Assembly (NCBI GenBank): GCA_963792965.1
Contig: CAWBYW010000013.1
Coordinates: 32,001 to 96,000 of the forward strand
Length of the DNA: 64,000 nucleotides
Direction of reading: 5' to 3'
Origin: an uncultured delta proteobacterium
Lineage (GTDB): Bacteria; Desulfobacterota; Zymogenia; Zymogenales; Zymogenaceae
Shown: positions 10,280-20,342 of the stretch, piece by piece
Layout: every line of letters starts with the position of its first letter
Numbering within the stretch: position 1 is the first letter of the stretch
The notes under the pieces: generated by a model
Database searches by the model: none
Told to the model about the DNA's origin: nothing
Seen by the model: only the letters and a program-made list of their open reading frames with translations
Translations under genes and position numbers: made by a program

Positions 10280-10297
10280 TGAATGAATAGTCATTCA
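10280..10297. promoter_or_regulatory. FadR(YsiA)-box-like TetR-family operator
   Basis: TGAATGAATAGTCATTCA palindrome about 110 bp upstream of the acyl-CoA dehydrogenase start. Confidence 0.7.
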
Positions 10298-10486
10298 CCC
10301 TCACCTGATATTTCCTATCATCTGGGGGGGAAGATGTCAAGAAAATTATTCACGTTCAGGCCCCGGACGGCGCGCGTGCGGCGTCCGGTGAAACGCCCGG
10401 GCCCGGCGTCCGGCACACGTGAAGATATTTTACCGTCGGTGCATGAGGGACAGAAAAGGGGACCGGCGCTTAATCTCGCGGGGGAA

Positions 10487-10515
10487 TTGACAGGTAACAC
10501 AAGTCATTCTATACT
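10487..10515 (+). promoter_or_regulatory. Near-consensus sigma70 promoter of the oxidoreductase operon
   Basis: TTGACA-17 bp-TATACT. Confidence 0.7.
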
Positions 10516-10624
10516 AATTATCATACGTTAAATGGTTACGTCTGTAGAGGAGCAAACGGGAGGAGCGCGTCCGATTGTTTTTCCACCGAGCGACAGTGCG
10601 GGATACGTCGCGAAGGCGAGGTTT

Positions 10625-10684
10625 GCCATGAAGAAAGATTCTATTAAGAAAGATGCCGTGAAGAAAAATGCCATGAAGAGAAAT
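10625..10684 (+). repeat. Four imperfect 15-nt tandem repeats
   Basis: gccatgaagaaagat / tctattaagaaagat / gccgtgaagaaaaat / gccatgaagagaaat. Confidence 0.7.
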
Positions 10685-12359
10685 GATATCACCGTCGTGA
10701 TCGGCGGTGAGGCCGGGCAGGGGCTCGTCACCGTCGGGATGCTGTTGTCCAACAGCCTGGTGAAGAGCGGGTACCATATCGTGGTGAACCAGGATTATCA
10801 ATCGCGGGTCCGTGGGGGGCACAACTCGTTTGCCGTGCGCATGTCCCCCGACCCCATCACGGCGCCGGGGGAGTCCATCGACCTCTTGGTCGCGATGGAT
10901 CGGGCCGGCATCGAGATCCATGGCAAGGACCTGAAGGCGGGCGCGCCGATTATCGTCGATGAGGCCTTCAATATTGCGGGCGGCAACTACCTGGTGGTCC
11001 CCTACGAGAAACTGGGCGAGAAGCGCTACGAAAACGTCATCGCCTTCGGCGTGGTCTGCGTCCTCCTCGGGATCGGGCCCGACGTGGCGGCCGCCGCCAT
11101 CGAGGCCGCCTTCGGGAAAAAGGACGCCGCGGTCTCGGAGCAGAACAGACGGGCGCTGGCCGCCTCGTTTGAGTGGGCACAACAGCAGAAGATATTATTT
11201 CCGAAGCTTTCTCCCGCCACGAACGCGGGCGCGCGCCTCATGATGAACGGCAACGACGCCGTCGCCCTCGGGGCGCTGGCGGCCGGTGTCAGGCTCTGTT
11301 CGTTTTACCCGATGACCCCCTCGACCTCCATTGCTCAGTCGCTTGCCGAGTGGGGAGTTGAGGCGTGCGTCGTCGTCGAGCAGGCGGAGGACGAGATCGC
11401 GGCCATTAACATGGCCGTCGGGGCGTCCTTTACGGGCGCACCCGCCATCGTCCCCACGTCGGGGGGGGGCTTTGCCCTCATGGTCGAGGGGGTGGCGGTC
11501 GCCGGGATGACCGAGACGCCGGTGGTGATCGTGGTGGGCCAGCGCCCCGGGCCGGCCACGGGGCTCCCGACCCGCACCGAACAGGGGGAGCTGATGTTCG
11601 TGATCCACGCCGGACACGGCGAGTTTCCCAAGGCCGTTTTCGCGCCCGGGACGATCGAGGAATGTTTTTCCGTCACAAAGCAGGCCTTCGGCATCGCCGG
11701 CCCGTTACCAGGGGCCGGTCTTTATCCTCACCGATCAGTTCATCGCCGACTCCTACCGGGCGGTGGAGCCGTTCGATCTGGGCGTGGTCGGGGAGGGGGA
11801 AGGGGGTGTCGACCGGGACGCGACCGTCACCCCGTACCGCCGCTATGCTTTCACGGAAAGCGGCCTGTCTCCCCGGCTGCTGCCGGGGGCAACAAAGCAT
11901 CTTGTTGTCGCCGACAGCGACGAGCACTACGAGGACGGCCACATCACCGAGGACCACGGGATCAGGATCAAGATGGTGGAAAAGAGGCTGAAAAAACTCG
12001 AGGGGATCAAAAAAGAAGTCATCGCCCCGGAGTTTACGGGAGACGGCGCGTCCCCCGACCTCTTGCTCGTCTCGTGGGGATCGACAAAGGGCGCGGTCAT
12101 CGAGGCGGCGGACCTGCTTAGAGAAAGAGGGAGGAAGGTCGGGTGCCTCCATTTTTCTCAGGTGTGGCCGCTCATCCCCGAGCAGTTCGCAAAGCGGCTC
12201 ACTCAAGCAAAAGAGACGGTCTGTATCGAGAGCAACGCAACGGGACAATTCGCCGCGCTCATCCGCAGGGAGACGGGCTTTGTGATGTCAAAGAGGGTCC
12301 TGCGCTACGACGGCCTCCCGCTGACGGCTTCCTACATCGTCAAAGGGATAGGCGGGTAA
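10628..12359 (+). CDS. korA: 2-oxoacid:ferredoxin oxidoreductase alpha subunit (gamma-alpha fused; one frameshift near 11700)
   Basis: GGEAGQG, SRVRGGHN, FYPMTPST, EDEIAA, RPGPATGLPTRTEQ; second half DSDEH, WGSTKG, IESNATGQF in ORF 11763..12359; start at 10628 or 10673. Confidence 0.88.
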
Positions 12360-12432
12360 GATGGCCGGATGTCGGGAGACGTCCGGCGTCGCAGGGGGGT
12401 GTGCCGACCATCACGGATAGAGAGGAAATACA

Positions 12433-13285
12433 ATGGTTACGATAGACGATTTTGGAACGTACGAAACGGCCTGGTGCCCGGGCTGCGGGAACTTCGGCAT
12501 CCTTGAGGCGGTCAAGAAGGCGCTCGTCTCAAAAGCAGATCGAGCCGCACCGGGTCCTCTTCGTATCGGGGATCGGGCAGGCGGCCAAGGCCCCCCACTA
12601 CCTCAACGCGAATGTCTTCAACGGCCTGCACGGCAGGGGGCTTGCCGTGGCGACGGGGGCCAAGATCGCCAACCCCGAGCTGACGGTGATCACGGAGAGC
12701 GGAGACGGCTGCGTCTACGGCGAGGGGGGGAACCACTTTCTGGCGGCCGTCAGGCGCAACATCGACCTGACGCTCTTGGTTCACAACAACCAGGTCTACG
12801 GCCTCACCAAGGGGCAGGCGAGCCCCACGAGCATCGAGGGCTTTGTCACCAAGGCGCAGCCCCAGGGCGTGGTCTCGATGCCGTTCAACCCGGTCGCCGT
12901 TGCGGTGGCGATGCACGCAAATTTCGTCGCCCGGGGATTTTCCGGTATGATCGACCAGCTGGCGGCTCTGATCGTCGAGGCTATCGATCATCCCGGCTTT
13001 GCGCTCGTCGACATCCTCCAGCCCTGCGTCTCCTTCAATAAGGTCAACACCTTCGCGTGGTACCGGCAGCGGGTCAAGGAGCTGGGGCCGGACTACGATC
13101 CCACAAATTTCGAGGCGGCGATGAAGACCGCCGAGCTTTTCGGGGACACGATCCCGCTCGGCGTTATCTATAAAGACAATCGGCCGACCTTTATAGAGCG
13201 ACAGGCGGCGCTCGCGGCGGGTCCCCTGGTGGGCAGGAAGGTCGATCGTGATACCGTGAAGCGGGCGATGGATCAGTTTCGGTAG
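12433..13285 (+). CDS. korB: 2-oxoacid:ferredoxin oxidoreductase beta subunit (one frameshift near 12530)
   Basis: WCPGCGNFGIL, SGIGQ, LHGR, SGDG...NNQVYGLTKGQASPT, QPCVSFN. Confidence 0.88.
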
Positions 13286-13521
13286 GGAGGTCGAGAAAAA
13301 TTCCTCCCCGTCGTCCATAAAGGGCTTGTGCTTGCCTCCGATATTCTGTAAAATACGCCCCCGGTGGCCCTCCTTCGCCAAGACGCAGAAGCAGAGTCCT
13401 ATTGTCTGTCGGAGGTATCGACGAGTCGGCATGGCAGGCCGGGCTTTCCCGTTTCGTGCCGGGTCGTGCGGGTCGCCGTCAATAGCGCACTGTGCGAGCC
13501 ATATCTGAAGAGGAGCCTTTC

Positions 13522-14139
13522 ATGATCCATAAGAACGTCGTCACCGATTTTTCGTCGAAGGCCGTATCTCCGGCGGTTGACCCCACTGCCTTCATCCATC
13601 CGCTGGCGGCCGTCATCGGGAACGTCTCGATCGGAAAGCGGGTGATGGTGTCGCCCTTTGCCTCCATCAGGGGCGATGAGGGGCAGCCGCTCGTCGTCGA
13701 TGACGAGGCCAACGTCCAGGACGGCGTCATCATCCATGCGCTCGAGACCGAACACGAAGGGCACGCGATCGGAAAGAACCTCGTCGAGCACGGCGGCACG
13801 AAGTGCGCCGTTTACGTCGGACGGCGCGTGTCGCTGGCCCACCAGTCCCAGATACACGGCCCCGCCTACGTCGGGGACGACACGTTTGTCGGGATGCAGT
13901 CGCTCGTCTTTCGATCACGGGTGGGGACGGGGTGTGTCGTTGAGCCGGGGTGTGTCCTGATGGGGGTGAGCGTGAGCGACGGCCGCTACGTGCCCTGCGG
14001 GACGGCCCTCAAAAGCCAGCAGGAGGCCGACAACCTCCCCCGGATCACCGACGACTATCCGATGAAGGCGCTGAACGCGGGAGTCGTGCACGTCAACACC
14101 AGACTTGCCGACGGCTACAACAAAGAAGGCATTAAATAG
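13522..14139 (+). CDS. Gamma-class carbonic anhydrase (Cam-like)
   Basis: Hexapeptide repeats, SIRGDEG, NVQDGVIIHAL, LAHQSQIHGP; AGGAG RBS. Confidence 0.88.
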   Translation: MIHKNVVTDFSSKAVSPAVDPTAFIHPLAAVIGNVSIGKRVMVSPFASIRGDEGQPLVVDDEANVQDGVIIHALETEHEGHAIGKNLVEHGGTKCAVYVGRRVSLAHQSQIHGPAYVGDDTFVGMQSLVFRSRVGTGCVVEPGCVLMGVSVSDGRYVPCGTALKSQQEADNLPRITDDYPMKALNAGVVHVNTRLADGYNKEGIK

Positions 14140-14168
14140 AAATTACTTTTCCGAGGAAAAGCCTGAAC

Positions 14169-16466
14169 ATGACAGAGAATACCACGAAGGAACAAGAAAC
14201 CAAGACAACCGCCGAGAAAGAGCCCCAGATCGTGCTGGATGAGCAAGAGCTGAGGCGCACGCATATCGTCAAGATCGCCGGCGAGCTCGCGCTAAAGTCC
14301 GGCCAGGTAAGCGCGACCGCCGAGCTCCTGGCCGAGGGCGGGACCGTCCCCTTCATCGCCCGATATCGGAAGGAGGCGACGGGGTCACTGGACGAGGTCG
14401 CCGTCACGAACATCCGCGACCGGCTGGAGCAGCTCTTAGAGCTGGATAAGCGCCGCGCGGCCATCCTCAATTCCCTCATCGAACGTGGGCTCCTCACCGA
14501 CGAGCTGAGAGAAAAGATCATGGCGGCCGAGACGATGGCGGTCCTGGAGGACATTTACCTTCCGTTTCGCCCCAAACGGCGCACCCGGGCCACCATCGCA
14601 AAGGAGAAAGGACTGGAACCTCTGGCGCTGGCGATCCTTGCCCAGGACGACAACCCGCCGCTGGACATCGAGGCCGAGGCGTCGAAGTACCTCAGCGAGG
14701 AAAAGGGCGTCGCCTCGATCGAGGAGGCGCTTTCGGGCGCGCGCGATATCATCGCCGAGACGGTCAGCGAGCATCAACAGGCCCGCGGGATGATCCGCAC
14801 GCTCTTCCTGGAGCAGGGAACCGTTACCTCACGCGTGGCCGACGGTAAAGAGATCGAGGGGGCAAAATACAAAGACTACTTTGACTGGACGGAGCCAGCC
14901 TCGACCGTCCCCTCCCACCGTATCCTGGCGATGATGCGCGGGGAAAAAGAGAAATTCCTTAAATTGACTATCGAGCCACCTGAGGAAGAGGGCGTCAAGA
15001 TCCTTTCGGCCCTCTTCGTGAAAAACAAGACGACGGCGGCCGGCCAGGTCCGGCTTGCGGTCGAGGATGGGTACACGAGGCTGCTCGCCCCCTCCATCGA
15101 GACCGAGACCCGCAACGTCCTCAAGGAGGGCGCGGACGGTGAGGCGATCCGGGTCTTCGCCGCAAACCTCCGCGAGCTGCTCTTGGCCTCTCCTCTCGGC
15201 GAGAAGAGCCTCCTGGCCATCGACCCCGGCTTCCGCACCGGGTGCAAGGTCGTCTGCCTGGACGGCCAGGGAAAGCTCCTGCACTACGAGGCCATCTACC
15301 CCCACACGGGAGGTCAGCGCGCCGAGGAGGCGGGGAAGATCACGGTGGGCCTCGTGGAACGCTTCGGGTCGGAGATCATCGCGATCGGCAACGGGACGGC
15401 AAGCCGCGAGACGGAGGCCTTCGTCAAGGGCCTGACTTTTTCACGCCAGATCCCCGTGGTCGTCGTCAATGAATCGGGCGCGTCGATCTATTCGGCGTCC
15501 GAGGCCGCCCGCGACGAGTTCCCCGACCAAGACGTGACCGTGCGGGGGGCGGTCTCGATCGGGAGGCGGCTGATGGACCCGCTGGCGGAGCTGGTTAAAA
15601 TCGATCCCAAGTCGATCGGGGTGGGGCAGTACCAGCACGACGTTGACCAGGGGGCACTGCGCAAGAGCCTGGACGACGTCGTGATGAGCTGTGTCAACGG
15701 TGTGGGGGTGGACCTCAACACGGCAAGCAAGCAGCTCCTCACCTACGTCTCGGGGCTGGGCCCGAGCCTCGCCTCACGGATCATTACCTATCGTAACACC
15801 AACGGCCCCTTCGGCAGCCGCGACGAGCTCAGGAAGGTGACGGGGCTTGGCCCCAAAGCCTTCGAGCAGGCGGCGGGGTTTTTGCGCATCACCAGCGGGA
15901 ATAACCCGCTCGACAGGAGCGCGGTCCATCCCGAGAGCTACCCGATCGTCGACCGGATGGCCAAGGACCTCGGCTGCTCCGTGGCCGACCTGATGACGAG
16001 CCAGGAGATCAGGAAGAGAATCAAGCTGGACGGCTACGTCAGCGACAAGGTGGGGCTCCCGACCCTTCGAGACATCCTTGCGGAGCTGGCGAAACCGGGT
16101 CGCGACCCGCGGGAGAAGTTCGAGCCCTTCTCGTTTACCGAGGGCGTCAATACGATGGAGGACCTGAGGGTCGGCATGAAGCTGCCCGGCATCGTCACGA
16201 ACGTTGCGGCCTTCGGGGCGTTCGTGGACATCGGCGTGCACCAGGACGGGCTGGTTCACGTCAGCCACCTCGCCGACCGGTTCGTGAAGGACCCGGCCGA
16301 GATCGTGAAGGTCCAGCAGAAGGTCACCGTCACGGTAATCGACGTGGATCTCGCGCGCAAGCGGATATCCCTCTCGCTGAAAAGCGACCCGTTCAGGCGC
16401 CCCGAGGGGTCCGGCCGGGGCGGAGAGGAGAAATCGGCGAGACCCACCGGCGGCGTCAGACGCTGA
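14169..16466 (+). CDS. tex: Tex family RNA-binding transcriptional accessory protein
   Basis: TVPFIARYRKEATG, DPGFRTGCK, GNGTASRET, IGVGQYQHD, C-terminal S1 domain. Confidence 0.95.
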   Translation: MTENTTKEQETKTTAEKEPQIVLDEQELRRTHIVKIAGELALKSGQVSATAELLAEGGTVPFIARYRKEATGSLDEVAVTNIRDRLEQLLELDKRRAAILNSLIERGLLTDELREKIMAAETMAVLEDIYLPFRPKRRTRATIAKEKGLEPLALAILAQDDNPPLDIEAEASKYLSEEKGVASIEEALSGARDIIAETVSEHQQARGMIRTLFLEQGTVTSRVADGKEIEGAKYKDYFDWTEPASTVPSHRILAMMRGEKEKFLKLTIEPPEEEGVKILSALFVKNKTTAAGQVRLAVEDGYTRLLAPSIETETRNVLKEGADGEAIRVFAANLRELLLASPLGEKSLLAIDPGFRTGCKVVCLDGQGKLLHYEAIYPHTGGQRAEEAGKITVGLVERFGSEIIAIGNGTASRETEAFVKGLTFSRQIPVVVVNESGASIYSASEAARDEFPDQDVTVRGAVSIGRRLMDPLAELVKIDPKSIGVGQYQHDVDQGALRKSLDDVVMSCVNGVGVDLNTASKQLLTYVSGLGPSLASRIITYRNTNGPFGSRDELRKVTGLGPKAFEQAAGFLRITSGNNPLDRSAVHPESYPIVDRMAKDLGCSVADLMTSQEIRKRIKLDGYVSDKVGLPTLRDILAELAKPGRDPREKFEPFSFTEGVNTMEDLRVGMKLPGIVTNVAAFGAFVDIGVHQDGLVHVSHLADRFVKDPAEIVKVQQKVTVTVIDVDLARKRISLSLKSDPFRRPEGSGRGGEEKSARPTGGVRR

Positions 16467-16497
16467 GCGCGGACGGGACGTTCTCTGTCATCACGGC

Positions 16498-16530
16498 AGG
16501 GGCGCGACCGAGAGGTCGCGCCCCTTATTA
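16498..16530 (+). terminator. Intrinsic terminator after tex
   Basis: AGGGGCGCGACC-gaga-GGTCGCGCCCCT followed by tattat. Confidence 0.65.
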
Positions 16531-16622
16531 TATCGGAATTTCGATCGATTCACGCACCCTTTCAGGCCTCCTTCCATCATAAAATATGAGAGAGAGAATA
16601 GCAGGAAAGGGGGTACACAACC

Positions 16623-17096
16623 ATGTTCGATCAAGGATTAAAAGCACCGGAATTTTGCCTTCCGGACAAAGATAAGCGTGAGGTCTGCCTGTCGGACTTC
16701 ACCGGGAAATGGGTCGTCCTCTACTTCTACCCCGAGGACGAGAGCCCGGGCTGCACGCGCGAGGCGCTCGAATTCAGCCAGGGGAAGAAGGACTTCGAGG
16801 CGCTCAACGCGGCGATCATCGGGATCAGCCCCGATTCGCCGGAGAGCCACCGCGATTTCAGCCAGCGGCACTCGCTGGGCGTCACGCTTCTGTCCGATAG
16901 GGAACACGACGCGCTGGACGAGTACGACGTGTGCAAACTGGAGCGAAAAAACGGAGGCGTGAATCACCGTGTCGATCGGAGCACCTTCCTCATCGACCCG
17001 GAAGGGGCGATCAGACACGTCTGGAGAGACGTGTCTGTCAACAACCATTCCGCCGAGGTCGGTGAAAAGCTGATGGAGCTGGAAGGGATCGCGTAG
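16623..17096 (+). CDS. bcp: Peroxiredoxin, BCP/PrxQ family
   Basis: VVLYFYPEDESPGCTREA, GISPD, RSTFLID. Confidence 0.88.
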   Translation: MFDQGLKAPEFCLPDKDKREVCLSDFTGKWVVLYFYPEDESPGCTREALEFSQGKKDFEALNAAIIGISPDSPESHRDFSQRHSLGVTLLSDREHDALDEYDVCKLERKNGGVNHRVDRSTFLIDPEGAIRHVWRDVSVNNHSAEVGEKLMELEGIA

Positions 17097-17264
17097 AGGT
17101 GGGCGCTGCGTGCCGACCTTCGGTGCACAGGAGTTTTTTGCCGGAGGACGGTGCAGGAGGACTCTCTTGCGTTGACATGGGCGGCCGATGGGTGTCTAAT
17201 GACGTGAAGGTCGCCCGGGGGGCGGGGGCGTACTCTCACGAGTGGAGCATAGGGGCGTCTGACA

Positions 17265-18224
17265 ATGGGAAGAGACGAAGCGGGCGCAGCGGTTGGCGAC
17301 TGGCTCCTTGGGCGAGCCCGTTCGATCGACGCGGCTCCGATTAATTCACTCACGGAATTCAAGGCCCTCCTTGACCGGGAGACGGCTGAGTTTGGTCTCC
17401 CGATAGGGCGGGCAATCGCCGGGGGATTCATCGCAGACCGGGTGGGGTATGCCTTTGCGGCGGGCTACGAGGCGGCGCTGAGAAGGCTCGTGCCCGATTT
17501 GCCACGCGAATCGATCGTCGCGTTTTGCGTCACGGAAGAGGGGGGAGGACATCCGCGGGCGATCAGGACGAGCCTTACCGCACGGGAGGGCGACAAGAGC
17601 GCGTTGTCGTGGTCGCTCTCGGGCTCAAAGCGTTTCGTGACCTGCGCGAATGAGGCCGATGTGCTGTTGGTGGCCGCGTCACGGGGGACCGGGCCCGACG
17701 GTAAGAACCTAATATCGATGGTCAGGGTACGGCGTGACGCCCCGAGGCTTACGATTACCCCGATGACCGATCTTCCCTTCGTCCCCGAGATCAGCCACGG
17801 CGTCGTGACCCTGTCGGATGTGCCCGTTTTTGAGGGCGAGATCCTTGCCGGCGACGGGTACACCGACTACATCAAGCCGTTTCGCACGATCGAGGATCTG
17901 CACGTCTTCGGGGCGATCGCGGGTTACCTCTTTCGCATCGCCTCTCTCTTTTCGTGGCCGCACGAGGCCATAGAGGAGCTGCTGACAATGACCAGCGCCA
18001 TCGGGGCGCTGGCGCAACAGGAGCCGCTTCATCCCTCGGTCCATATCGCGCTCGGGGGGCTCAAGACCCTCTTCGATCGGTTTCTGGCCGAGACAGAGCC
18101 CCTCTGGGGCCGGGTCGACGAAGAGACGAGGTCTCGATGGCTTCGCGACCGGCAGCTCCTCACCGTCGCCGGGAAGGCCCGGGAGGCGCGGCTTTCCGCC
18201 GCATGGGCGCACTATGGTTTTTGA
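17265..18224 (+). CDS. Short acyl-CoA dehydrogenase family protein
   Basis: FCVTEEGG, LSGSKRFVT, GDGYTDYIKPFRTIED. Confidence 0.75.
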   Translation: MGRDEAGAAVGDWLLGRARSIDAAPINSLTEFKALLDRETAEFGLPIGRAIAGGFIADRVGYAFAAGYEAALRRLVPDLPRESIVAFCVTEEGGGHPRAIRTSLTAREGDKSALSWSLSGSKRFVTCANEADVLLVAASRGTGPDGKNLISMVRVRRDAPRLTITPMTDLPFVPEISHGVVTLSDVPVFEGEILAGDGYTDYIKPFRTIEDLHVFGAIAGYLFRIASLFSWPHEAIEELLTMTSAIGALAQQEPLHPSVHIALGGLKTLFDRFLAETEPLWGRVDEETRSRWLRDRQLLTVAGKAREARLSAAWAHYGF

Positions 18225-18269
18225 CGGCGGGCCCTCGCTCGCATCATGCGCCCCGGTGAGAAGTGCTCG

Positions 18270-19112
18270 TCACTTCAGCTCATCGGGCTTCTCGATGACT
18301 ATCCCGTGACGCTTCCTGAACTCCCTGAATCCGTAGACCTTTTTCCCGAAATACGTCATGTCCACGGCGCCGGCCGGGCAGTTGTTGACGCAGCCGAAGC
18401 AAGCGGTGCATCGCTTCGTGTCAAGCGAGAAGGTGGAAAGGTCTATGGCCCCCACGGGGCAGCCCTTTTGGCAGACGCCGCATTTTGTGCAGGCGTCGGG
18501 GTCGATCCGGTGTCTGCCGACGAAGAGCTTGGTGAAGGCGATGCCCGGGCCGCCCTTCAGAAAATCCAAGGCATAAAATTCTCGTCCGGGCGTCACCGAA
18601 GTCCCCTCCCGGGCGCGCATGAGCACGGCCTCGGCGAATTCCCTCACTCGCCTGAAGGTCTCCCGATTGGGACGGTCCCGATACTTGAGGATTCGCTTTT
18701 CGTTCCCGATAGACCAGTACGGCGAAAAGCTCGACATGTTGCCGAACTTCTCTATTCCTACGCCCACGCCTCCCCTGTCCGTAAAGAGCCGCAAAAGCGC
18801 GCGGGCGGTGTTGTGCTGATTGCCGCCCTCTCCTCCGAAGGTGGCAAAGGCCGCCACCGGGATGCCGTCCAGCCGGGGCGCGGCCTCGAGCTTCCTGATG
18901 ACGTTTGATGGAACGTCATAATAGAAGACCGGCGTGCCCGCCATGATGAGGTCGAAGGAAGGCAGCGTATCGACGTTGAAGTCTCTGACGTCGAAGCTCG
19001 TCACCGTGAGGCCGGCTCTTTTCCATACGGCGGCGACGAGCCGCCCGTAAAGCCTCGTGTGGCCCGTCTGGCTGTAGGTAAGGACGAGGGCCTTTTGGGG
19101 ATTCTGTTTCAT
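18270..19112 (-). CDS. EFR1-type flavodoxin fused to a 2x[4Fe-4S] ferredoxin
   Basis: YSQTGHT flavodoxin motif; CTKCGVCQKGCP and CTACFGCVNNCP. Confidence 0.85.
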   Translation of the reverse strand: MKQNPQKALVLTYSQTGHTRLYGRLVAAVWKRAGLTVTSFDVRDFNVDTLPSFDLIMAGTPVFYYDVPSNVIRKLEAAPRLDGIPVAAFATFGGEGGNQHNTARALLRLFTDRGGVGVGIEKFGNMSSFSPYWSIGNEKRILKYRDRPNRETFRRVREFAEAVLMRAREGTSVTPGREFYALDFLKGGPGIAFTKLFVGRHRIDPDACTKCGVCQKGCPVGAIDLSTFSLDTKRCTACFGCVNNCPAGAVDMTYFGKKVYGFREFRKRHGIVIEKPDELK

Positions 19113-19281
19113 TCTTTCGTCTTCCTCTGTCTTGAATAGCCGTGTCGGCTTGAAGGCCTGACCGGAGGCAATTCAGGCGGAAATGTAGACATTCGACGAT
19201 ACCAAAAAATAGCAGTATATGATAATATAACTTTTTTTAGATACTTTTTCAAGGGCACCGGCAAAACGGCGAACGATTTTC

Positions 19282-19845
19282 ATGAAGCCCAAAAGCATCC
19301 CCTGTGATTATCTGGCCCGTGACAAGAGCGGCAGGGCCGCGCTCCTCTTTTCGGCCCTCAGGCCCCACCTGAGCCGCGGCATGTGGTACCTCGACATCGG
19401 CTGCGGCACGGCCCCGCTGACCCGGTACATCGACGAATCGTTTCCCCCCTCTATCCTTGTCGGCCTGGACCTCAGCACGGAGGCGATACGCTCCTGTGTC
19501 GCCGAGTACCCCAGCCATACGTGGCTCTGCATCAAAAGCGACGCGTTTGTGGTCGAGCGGCGCTATGACGTCGTCCTGCATACCGGGATCAATGCGATCC
19601 GCTATAACGACTGGGAGATCCATGAGCGGATACTGCGTCATCCCGAGGGGCGGCCCTCCTGTGTCTTGATCGAGTCGGGGGACTACCGGGACGGCCCGAG
19701 CGACACCCACGAGACATACGAGAAGATCAGGGGGATCTATCGGGGCGCGGGTTTTTCACTCGATCGGGAGGAGGTATTTGACGTAGGGCATTTTCCCGTC
19801 CCGATCCGCACCTATGCGGTGCTCATCAACCCCCGGTTTAGCTGA
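19282..19845 (+). CDS. Class I SAM-dependent methyltransferase
   Basis: YLDIGCGT motif I and VGLDLS. Confidence 0.7.
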   Translation: MKPKSIPCDYLARDKSGRAALLFSALRPHLSRGMWYLDIGCGTAPLTRYIDESFPPSILVGLDLSTEAIRSCVAEYPSHTWLCIKSDAFVVERRYDVVLHTGINAIRYNDWEIHERILRHPEGRPSCVLIESGDYRDGPSDTHETYEKIRGIYRGAGFSLDREEVFDVGHFPVPIRTYAVLINPRFS

Positions 19846-20342
19846 GGGAAAAGTAAAAACTTCGGTGGAGAGATAGGAAAAGAGCCTTCCGGAACGAATA
19901 ACATATTGATATTCCTCACTAATCCGGCTGCTTACAGAATAGGCAAATATACAAAACCTTCCTGTTTTCAATGGGTTTAGGGGTCGTCCGTCCCAGTTAC
20001 CCACACATTATGCACATGTATGACTTTTTTGCGCTTTTTGGACGTTAACATCGGAGCGGCGGGCGTTGTGCGAGAGCGGGCGCAGACATGGAACGACGGG
20101 CGAAATCAGGCGAAAAGTGAGATCGATCCTGCAGGTCCCGGGAAAGGCGCCCCATTCCCCGGCACCGTATTCCTCTCCTTGTCTTTCTCGATATCTCCCT
20201 GATATCGGGCCGGCCGTCGGCCCCCGCTGTCCATCTCAACAATACACCGATTATGACTTGAAATCTTTCTCAAGGTGAGGTATGGTTTCATACGTATGGG
20301 GCCGCGCCAAGACAGGCGACCCGGTCGACAGGAGAGCATCGC

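Noticed and set aside
10628-13285. korA/korB, corA and other broken genes as pseudogenes or programmed frameshifts
   Set aside because: Motifs are intact on both sides, there is no other decay, and no consistent slippery-site or stimulator pattern is present; sequencing error is simpler.
19846-20342. oriC or dif site
   Set aside because: Only two imperfect DnaA boxes, no dnaA/dnaN/gidA context and no good XerD arm (TTATGTTAAAT).
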